Below are positions 57,801 through 64,000 of a stretch of DNA of 64,000 nt, piece after piece (position 1 is the first letter of the stretch; every line of letters begins with the position of its first letter). The notes beneath the pieces were generated by a model. That model was not told where the DNA came from. It saw only the letters and a program-made list of their open reading frames with translations, and did no database searches. The DNA comes from a virus. The stretch is from the IMG/VR virus record IMGVR_UViG_3300021376_000039, positions 7,627 through 71,626 of that record. One strand, given 5' to 3'. The translations under genes and the position numbers were made by a program.

Positions 57801-59830
57801 TGATTATCACTGGCATTAACATCACATAAATCTATACTAGGTACCCCACCCCAAAAATCATTTGAGTTTACATTAGCCAAGAATGAATTGTTACTTCTTG
57901 TATAAATTTTATATTTACCTATTTTAGTTTCAGATGTTCCTCCACCACCACCTAATGGTGAATCGTTAATTTCATCTAACTCTAAATCAGGAGCATCACA
58001 TGAACAAGCTTCACAATCAGGATATGACATCATAGGTAAATTGATACCCTTGAAGTTAAATTTAGTTAACATTGGGGATACCTTAGCAGCAAATAATATT
58101 GCCGCGGCGATAAATACAACCGCAGCCACACTATATAAGACTGTTAATCCAACCGCGGGAAATGCACTAACCGCAGCCGCAATATATTGATATCCTAAAT
58201 ATGCTAAATATACAGGAAAGAATATAGCAATAACCCACTTCAAAATAGGCCAAACAAGGGCTAAAACATGTAATACAGGAATTAAAGCATAAAGTACAGG
58301 ACTAAAAATTGTAATTACTAAGTTAAATAGGAAAAATATAAAATCAAAATTTCTAACCCCATCATTAACAGGGAATCTATTTGTTGTTGTGGTACATGTT
58401 CTATCGGTGATTTCTTTAATACCTAAATGTCTACTTCTATTATATCCCCATTTCCATCTATCAAGAAAATTTGCAATAGTATAAACTTTATTGAAGTGAA
58501 ATTCATAAAATCTATCCTCACAATCAATAGCCTCTTGTATCATTTGGTTACCTATGGTTGTGGTTGTATCTCCATAGTCATTCCAATCTAAACTAAATGC
58601 ATATGAATATAATTGAGCATTTAAGTCAACGGGTTGATTAGTATTACTTGGTGACCATCCCCATTCTTTTATATTAGGCACCAAATAATCGGCTCTTAAA
58701 ATATTACTTTCTATACCTTCTTCATTTTGGTATTGGATTCTAAATCTATATTTTGCCTTTGTTGGTATCCCTTGTGTCGGGTCATTCGATAGAACTTGTT
58801 CCCCAAACTCGTTAGTTGTAACATAGTCAAGATTCATTGGTACTTCGGTTACCCATGTACCTTCGTCGTCAATGATTTTACCTCCTTCGGGTAGATTGTA
58901 TTGTTCAAGTATTGGTCTACCGTTAATATCATAATATATTGTTTGTCTGATTGCTAAAATTTTACCTGAAGCCGAAACTAAGTCACATAAATTACCTGTG
59001 TTTTTTTTTGGTTTACAGTTTGTTTTCAAAAAGTCCTCTTCTGCGGTTGAGAATATTGAACCCATAAAAACCGCTTGTGGTTTTATTTCTATTCCAACAT
59101 CTCTTAAATCAAAATCAACTCTTGTAATTCCAATGTCGCATATATCTTGTTCCCCCCAAAATGATGTAACATCAGCATCTTTTTTTATGTTTATTATTTG
59201 TGGTAAAGACGCTAAATCAGTTGACGACTTAAACTGATCACCATTAAACTGTTCTGAGGTTGCCATACCCATTCTTATTAAATCGGCAGGTCTTAAAGAA
59301 AAACACCCAATGTTTGATAAATCTAAATCTAAAACAACTGTTTGTATCCCTAATGGAACACCTATAATCATAAAGTCACCGCTTTCGTTAGTTTTAACGG
59401 TAAATTTGTAGTATTTTTCATACACCTCAAGTACTTCTTTTCTTGTTAACACATCTTCTCTATCGGGAAATGTCCCTGTAGGCGTGTGTCCACCATATTC
59501 TTTAACATAAGGTAAAAGGTTATATCTATAACCATCTTCATTTTTATCTTCAAGTGTTTTATATGGGTATAATGTTGAAATTACTATGTCGTCTTCATCT
59601 TCAGGTTTTAAAGGCACAAATACTGATACTGTTGCATTTGGTATTCCGTAACCTCCATTAACAATCACTCTACCTGCAATAACCCCATAATCAGCACAAA
59701 ATCTTGTATAAACATCGTCCTGTCTTAATTTTAATGATAAAATTTCAAGAAAATCAAAATCCTGATTAACGTTAATTCTTATGTTTTTGTCTACTCCCGG
59801 CTGTGTTCTTATTCTATAACTTTTAGTCAT
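54815..59830 (-). CDS. very large baseplate-region protein with internal hydrophobic segments
   Basis: 1671 aa; N-terminal carboxypeptidase-regulatory-like GVIAGRV..GIPNATVSV..TNESGDF motif; ~90-aa hydrophobic block. Confidence 0.65.
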   Translation of the reverse strand: MTKSYRIRTQPGVDKNIRINVNQDFDFLEILSLKLRQDDVYTRFCADYGVIAGRVIVNGGYGIPNATVSVFVPLKPEDEDDIVISTLYPYKTLEDKNEDGYRYNLLPYVKEYGGHTPTGTFPDREDVLTRKEVLEVYEKYYKFTVKTNESGDFMIIGVPLGIQTVVLDLDLSNIGCFSLRPADLIRMGMATSEQFNGDQFKSSTDLASLPQIINIKKDADVTSFWGEQDICDIGITRVDFDLRDVGIEIKPQAVFMGSIFSTAEEDFLKTNCKPKKNTGNLCDLVSASGKILAIRQTIYYDINGRPILEQYNLPEGGKIIDDEGTWVTEVPMNLDYVTTNEFGEQVLSNDPTQGIPTKAKYRFRIQYQNEEGIESNILRADYLVPNIKEWGWSPSNTNQPVDLNAQLYSYAFSLDWNDYGDTTTTIGNQMIQEAIDCEDRFYEFHFNKVYTIANFLDRWKWGYNRSRHLGIKEITDRTCTTTTNRFPVNDGVRNFDFIFFLFNLVITIFSPVLYALIPVLHVLALVWPILKWVIAIFFPVYLAYLGYQYIAAAVSAFPAVGLTVLYSVAAVVFIAAAILFAAKVSPMLTKFNFKGINLPMMSYPDCEACSCDAPDLELDEINDSPLGGGGGTSETKIGKYKIYTRSNNSFLANVNSNDFWGGVPSIDLCDVNASDNQIEQGYPTYFCYLDVDEYSGSDTKKNNKYQADAYGIRYAIAGYPTTPEIGTPVVSVFSDSQYILQRDITYSQSLNLANVRARYFDGTNVIQTKINNGTPFTDNVMVLLCDPSIASSYQSGTIMTFTNPNSVNDLNIVSGVTNQFGTNTITGTSATAVTNVNMTYISQAGVATPVTIQVSGTSSEKEYKFKTGLEYFQVITGMTAYDADLLTNGIKISTQPNPSLQLDTSSLLRKYVLNKLQDIVYEDTDNNLRTEKINPLTLNGDGWKNMGIIFLVRGVDPYSDKQEINYDLSKLFGYTLGSNNVRVRGQFNLNIPIQPTSASGTWFNNYISPESHTTLYSTLNNSLYHTPFNFQITGTQFSAVTSNSIKYYSSLDKSRGGGWNPTSGPTLGTITSGPGVSSNGTNTIKFYSSTLQGNIEGGSLIGSTSSTGNVVGSLSSINARVYAPAYVTTNPTLLITIPSGVNPKLVLRSDRLPTSDVTQSGGGTGVNANSFALHQNDNFAAYIVNESANPIVVGVSQTDSSNNAQDFGPDAPNAASSVLSTFDCAGMVPLKCYTVDPANNTFGVETPCDDNENPIRIKSGCYQFIQKPYVVNIKKDFENFTEWKLRFRMMFGACRGIFAHVFQNNWVNGTLYMFSFKKQTIFNIIGQPKKYKFCGSYDSTLRPGQGPIFYTENTTNSLFYRCTPYDSNNFVGQIPKQGTYSNPTLQPVNFGGTNARNLFFPTTIMDMGPRDEFTKEICTSPDFEGYIIDTLKSTSYNDTSDLLQLFIVSRLINTNFLQQIFNFGDASINRMFSRSEDRMDGDVVQLFSINSEYGVEGFDEDSYDGVGDIYIATAGDATFGVFFTSNTENRIVVSPGITTFTPTLTNYFGYPKTQEVPFYQWKLNQGSVNTIFGSDLNDWETNTLGGGFYSQKYQDLSFYQSPFSQYFNNLNTGRRGYIYNSTPAGATDETMPPGQQNPFLVGAPYHFYFGLGKGKSAINRYITKYILNQDV

Positions 59831-59903
59831 TTGCCTTTTTAAAAATAAATAGTTATGTTCCTATTTTTTAAAAATAGGTGTTATAGTAATAAAATAAATA
59901 ATC

Positions 59904-61742
59904 TTATGAAAAGTCTACCGTTTTAAGACTCTTAACTCTTACCTTAATGTCTTTATTGTTAAATCTAACTTGGTAAACCTGATCAGGTTCTGCAAAAATC
60001 GTATCGTCAATTAAACCAATTTCTCTTGTGACTTTATTTACATATTTTTGAGATGTCTCAGATGACGAGTATTGTCCTCCGACTTTATTATATATTTTTA
60101 AATCCGATAATGTGGATACTCCGGCAACATTTTGTATTAATCTTCTAACGTCAGAAACATTTACGTTTTGTCCCAATTCTCTATTACTCGGTTCCATATA
60201 ATTTGCAACTGAATTAATAATTTCAGTAATTACTTGTCCTTGATTTCTATCAGATTCCATTACCACAAAAATTTCAAACTCTAAGTCTACTACCTTTGCA
60301 ACATCAATAGATATATAATCATTAATCATTCTATATTTAGAAAGGTATGTTGCTAAATTAGACTTCAAGTTATTTGAAACGACTTGTGTTAATTTACCTG
60401 AAGTATCGTATGATAATATTTGAATTTTAATTTTATTATTGTTTTCAGTTATTGAGACTTTTGCAGGTGCTCCGAACTTACCCGGCATTGTATCTATTAA
60501 TGATTTATAATCATTTACCGTTACTGCTCTTTTTTGTGCCGCAAAATTAAAAGACACCATATTTCTAACCTCTTCAGTTGTTGGTGGGTTTGAACCCCCA
60601 ATTGCTGCAGTGACATTAGTTATTGATAGTGAGTTTTGTACGTTTGTGTTTACTATATCTGAAGGACCTGTTAATGCAAAATCTATGGTACCGACTTGAT
60701 TAATAACTCCCACACCAACATTAGATGCCAATCCACCACCTATTCTATACTGTACAAAAACAGTTGTATTTGGTTGTACTGTTAATCCTAAACCTATATT
60801 ATTTTGATAATTTGCCAAATCCAATTTAATACCATTTCTTGCAAAATCAGCTAATTGTTGATTTGGTGTTTTTGTACCTCCACCAAATTGTATTTTCATA
60901 AACCCTTCCGGTGTGTACTCAGTTATAAACCTATTTTCTGTTTTTATATATTTACCAACTTTAACACCAGCCTTGTCGGTTGGTTTTGTTGGGTCCTCAA
61001 TAAAAACCGTATCTTCTGCCAATGCATCCACTTCGTACCATTTATTTTGTGAAGATAGAAAATCACTGTACGTTGGTATGTTAGGATAACTTGTACCGTC
61101 TTTTTGTATTATTGATGTTACTCCTAATACATTTCTTTCAGGTAAAAAGAAATTAAAAAATGGTACAACGTCCGCAGGGTTAATCACTCTTTTAAAAACT
61201 TTTGTTGTTCCATTAACAACAACTTCTCTTTTTGTAATAACATAATTTATAATTTTATTATTAGCATCAAAAGTAGGTACTTTTGTTCTATTAACAAAAC
61301 CTTCATTATTATATTGAGTTGAGAAATCAATATCATAAACCGTTTCAAATGTGGTTCCTGCACCATTAAATTGTGATCCGGCTCTTAAAATACCTAAATA
61401 TCTATAATCCTCACTATCCCCTAATGGTGGTACAACTACTGATATATCAACAACGGCAACAGAAGGACGATAACCAGGTATCTTTAAACCATATGTTCTA
61501 GCAATATTATATATTGATGATCTTTGTTGAGCATATTGTAAAACTGTTTCCTGTATGCTCCTATCAATGTGAAAATGTAAGTTATCTGCAACTGCGGCAT
61601 TTAAATCCATTAAAACTGAAAATACAGAAGCGTCATTAAAATTTTGTACTAATTCAGGGTAATACTGTTTAGTATAGTTTATCAAGTCTTGTCTTATCCC
61701 TTGAAAGTCCCTTGTTGTATAATTTATTTTTTGGTTAGCCAT
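59904..61742 (-). CDS. baseplate wedge subunit (T4 gp6/baseplate J-like)
   Basis: YTTRDFQGIRQDL, A.TYGLK, FGGG, YRIGGG..SNV and QKRAVTVNDY motifs. Confidence 0.85.
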   Translation of the reverse strand: MANQKINYTTRDFQGIRQDLINYTKQYYPELVQNFNDASVFSVLMDLNAAVADNLHFHIDRSIQETVLQYAQQRSSIYNIARTYGLKIPGYRPSVAVVDISVVVPPLGDSEDYRYLGILRAGSQFNGAGTTFETVYDIDFSTQYNNEGFVNRTKVPTFDANNKIINYVITKREVVVNGTTKVFKRVINPADVVPFFNFFLPERNVLGVTSIIQKDGTSYPNIPTYSDFLSSQNKWYEVDALAEDTVFIEDPTKPTDKAGVKVGKYIKTENRFITEYTPEGFMKIQFGGGTKTPNQQLADFARNGIKLDLANYQNNIGLGLTVQPNTTVFVQYRIGGGLASNVGVGVINQVGTIDFALTGPSDIVNTNVQNSLSITNVTAAIGGSNPPTTEEVRNMVSFNFAAQKRAVTVNDYKSLIDTMPGKFGAPAKVSITENNNKIKIQILSYDTSGKLTQVVSNNLKSNLATYLSKYRMINDYISIDVAKVVDLEFEIFVVMESDRNQGQVITEIINSVANYMEPSNRELGQNVNVSDVRRLIQNVAGVSTLSDLKIYNKVGGQYSSSETSQKYVNKVTREIGLIDDTIFAEPDQVYQVRFNNKDIKVRVKSLKTVDFS

Positions 61743-61744
61743 AA

Positions 61745-62209
61745 TTAAATATTTATAATCACAAATTCTCTACTACCGAAAGCTTTATTCTCATCAGTAT
61801 AATCAATTTTTAGTTTTGCGGTGTATTCAGCAGTATTAGCACCTGGTATTCTATATATACTTGCTTGTCCTAATAATTCGTAATCTAATTGTCCAACAAC
61901 ATCACCGGATTCTGTATAAGGTTCAATTGTTATACTATTAATAAGTAGGTTTGGTATGTATTTGGCAACTTGTTCCTCAATATCTGATTTTATATTTTCA
62001 AATGTCTCACCATCTAAAGGTTCAAAAATAAATTCATAAATTCTTGTTCCAAAGTCAGGTAAATAATATCGACTTCCTTTTCTTGTTAAAATTAAATGAA
62101 GTAAATCGGTTCTAATTTCTTCATCAGATTCTTGAGTCAGTAACAAATAATCACCTACATTACTTTGTCTAAAAGGAAAACTTATTCCATATGTTCTACC
62201 ATCTGCCAT
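61745..62209 (-). CDS. baseplate gp25/GPW-like protein
   Basis: GISFPF..LILTRKGSRYYLPDFGT..FEP motif. Confidence 0.88.
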   Translation of the reverse strand: MADGRTYGISFPFRQSNVGDYLLLTQESDEEIRTDLLHLILTRKGSRYYLPDFGTRIYEFIFEPLDGETFENIKSDIEEQVAKYIPNLLINSITIEPYTESGDVVGQLDYELLGQASIYRIPGANTAEYTAKLKIDYTDENKAFGSREFVIINI

Positions 62210-62263
62210 ATTAAATAAATATAATGTTGTGAATTTTTGAATAAATAGATATAAAATAAAAAA

Positions 62264-62491
62264 TCACTGATTTCTCAGTGATTCTTTTAAATTTGTGTTA
62301 CCTTTTTCAAATGGTGGCCAATAACAACAATGTAAACATCCCGAACCGCAACATTTGCCTCTTCTTTTGTGGTATTCTTCTGTCATAACCATTTTACCGT
62401 CATTCCAATAAAAGTCGGTTGGTTGTAATTTTGCTCCAAATTCTCTAATATATTGTTGTTGTACCCAATCTTTCGATGCCCCTACATTCAT
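62264..62491 (-). CDS. small Cys-rich protein (DUF5522-like)
   Basis: DFY..G.MVMTEEYHKRRGKCCGSGCLHC motif. Confidence 0.7.
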   Translation of the reverse strand: MNVGASKDWVQQQYIREFGAKLQPTDFYWNDGKMVMTEEYHKRRGKCCGSGCLHCCYWPPFEKGNTNLKESLRNQ

Positions 62492-62576
62492 TTTAATTAT
62501 TCTTTCTAAGATTATAAAACGCTAACAAAACTTGATATGTTAGCGTTATATTATTTCCCCATGTTACTTTCATAAC

Positions 62577-64000
62577 TTAAACTATTTCACAAGCACCACC
62601 CGCACAAGCGGCTTCACCTCTAAGGTCGGTGTTATCTTGTAACTCAATAACTTTTGTAAGATCAACATCTGTTAATGATTTAACTAATCTTTCAAAATCT
62701 TCTTTTGTACAATCTTCAAAAGGTGCTTGAGTGTATGTACCTCCGTTATATGGTAATACAGATAAACCATTATAGAAATCCCTATTGTTCCACATCCAAT
62801 CACCTACTAATTCCCACTCATCTTCTTTAATTGAAACAGTAGCCGAAACATTGTGTGTATTTTGTCCGTTTCTGTGTCCAGGTTTAATCCATTCTTGTGA
62901 AACTTTTTTAACTCTTTCCAACATTTGAAATACTGATTCATGTCTTACAATAGAACCTTCAGGGGCTCTTTGTGGTATTGTAATAACCGCAGTATCGTGT
63001 GGTCTAAAGTATTCGTCCTCAATCAATTCAGGGTGATTGATTGCTAAGTAAGAATAAATTGATTCATTTTTTCCTACACGAATTCTTCTTAGGTAGTAAT
63101 CATTATGCCATGCATGAATTCCTGATGATGTTCCCAAAACCAAAGATGAGGTACCTGATGGTTTAACTGTAGTTGTTCTTGCCGATTTATTAATGTTAAT
63201 AAGTCCTGCAACTCTTTCGTTTTCTTCTTTAACCATTTTAGCGGCTCTCTTCATGTCATAACCTAATACAACACCTGAACCAATACCTGTCATACCAACA
63301 CCGATAAGTGCGTCTTTTTCAGTGGTTCTTTTCCAAATATCTCTCAAGTAATGGAAGTCAGTATAACCTGCCTGTAATGTACCAATAAATGATGCTGCTT
63401 TAACTCTTTTATCAAAATCTTCTTGTGATTCAATATCTGAAGCATTTACCTCACATAAGTTACAGAATTGGAATGGTCGTAGTGCTATTTCACAACAAGG
63501 GTTTGTTCCCCAATCTTTATCATTAGATAGATAAATTCCTGGTTCTCCTGCTCCTGATAATTCAATACGTTTCCACAAATCCATAAAGAATTCTTTTGTG
63601 ATTTTGTGACGAAGAAGTACTGCTGAGTTATTTGCTCTACCTCTTTGTGCGTTTTGTTCCCACCAATTTCCTGACTTACAAGAAATCATTTCTTCATCGT
63701 CAGCCGAAAATAATGAGATAAGTGCTGCTCGTCTGATACCACCTGCAAGTACTGCATCTGCAATATGACAAACAATGTCATGTGTTTCAATAGATGTTAA
63801 TCTTTCACCATCTTTTTTGTTATCCAAAACTTTAGTAATGTGGTGGATACAATCTTTTAATGGTTGAGGTCCGGGAGCTTTACCTCCTGATGTTACAAGC
63901 ATCGCACCTTTTTGTCTAATATCTGAAAAATCAAATACAGGTGTTGATGACTTATAACCTAAATATGATTCCATTAATACTTTAATGGCGTCTGCCCATC
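62577..64000 (-). CDS. nrdJ: class II (adenosylcobalamin-dependent) ribonucleotide reductase, 5' end off window
   Basis: GGIRRAA, TNPCCEIAL, NLCEVN, TVKPSGT and C-terminal CAGGAC; frame continues upstream (WADAIKVL) to the window edge. Confidence 0.92.
   Translation of the reverse strand, partial: WADAIKVLMESYLGYKSSTPVFDFSDIRQKGAMLVTSGGKAPGPQPLKDCIHHITKVLDNKKDGERLTSIETHDIVCHIADAVLAGGIRRAALISLFSADDEEMISCKSGNWWEQNAQRGRANNSAVLLRHKITKEFFMDLWKRIELSGAGEPGIYLSNDKDWGTNPCCEIALRPFQFCNLCEVNASDIESQEDFDKRVKAASFIGTLQAGYTDFHYLRDIWKRTTEKDALIGVGMTGIGSGVVLGYDMKRAAKMVKEENERVAGLININKSARTTTVKPSGTSSLVLGTSSGIHAWHNDYYLRRIRVGKNESIYSYLAINHPELIEDEYFRPHDTAVITIPQRAPEGSIVRHESVFQMLERVKKVSQEWIKPGHRNGQNTHNVSATVSIKEDEWELVGDWMWNNRDFYNGLSVLPYNGGTYTQAPFEDCTKEDFERLVKSLTDVDLTKVIELQDNTDLRGEAACAGGACEIV

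Noticed and set aside
901-61052. Many short plus-strand ORFs in the supplied track (e.g. 901..1146, 10458..10760, 31434..31817, 40333..40539, 49322..49660)
   Set aside because: They are antisense shadows of well-supported minus-strand genes, with no motifs.
1-64000. Alternative genetic code (stop-codon reassignment)
   Set aside because: The standard code gives dense, full-length genes, and TAA, TGA and TAG all appear as stops.
62577-64000. Intein or intron in the ribonucleotide reductase
   Set aside because: Visible motifs are contiguous, with no splicing or homing-endonuclease signatures.

Overview
A 64-kb, very AT-rich fragment of a large (jumbo-type) tailed dsDNA phage genome, almost entirely coded on the minus strand. 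The host is probably Bacteroidota: there are TTTG-N19/20-TAnnTTTG promoters, SprB repeats, an Hc1-like histone and a Q-rule signal peptide. The left half (1-33.5 kb) holds metabolic, replication and host-takeover genes: DHH phosphoesterase, three DNA methyltransferases (one coupled to a PD-(D/E)xK endonuclease), type II glutamine synthetase, a degenerate MetK-like protein, glutaredoxin, PcfJ-like proteins, DnaJ, a sigma70 factor, SbcC/SbcD-like pair, exonuclease, primase and RuvC. It also holds putative internal head proteins, a putative lysis cluster and two candidate structured non-coding RNAs. The right half (33.5-62.2 kb) is a contractile-tail baseplate/fibre module, followed by a class II ribonucleotide reductase cut by the window edge. 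The most notable candidate system is a GT60 (Gnt1/OGNT-like) GlcNAc transferase placed directly upstream of a Cys-rich protein with long (Pro-Thr)n tracts, inside a duplicated adaptor-plus-fibre cassette, which suggests phage-encoded O-glycosylation of virion appendages. All family assignments come from motif recognition by eye; no database searches were run.
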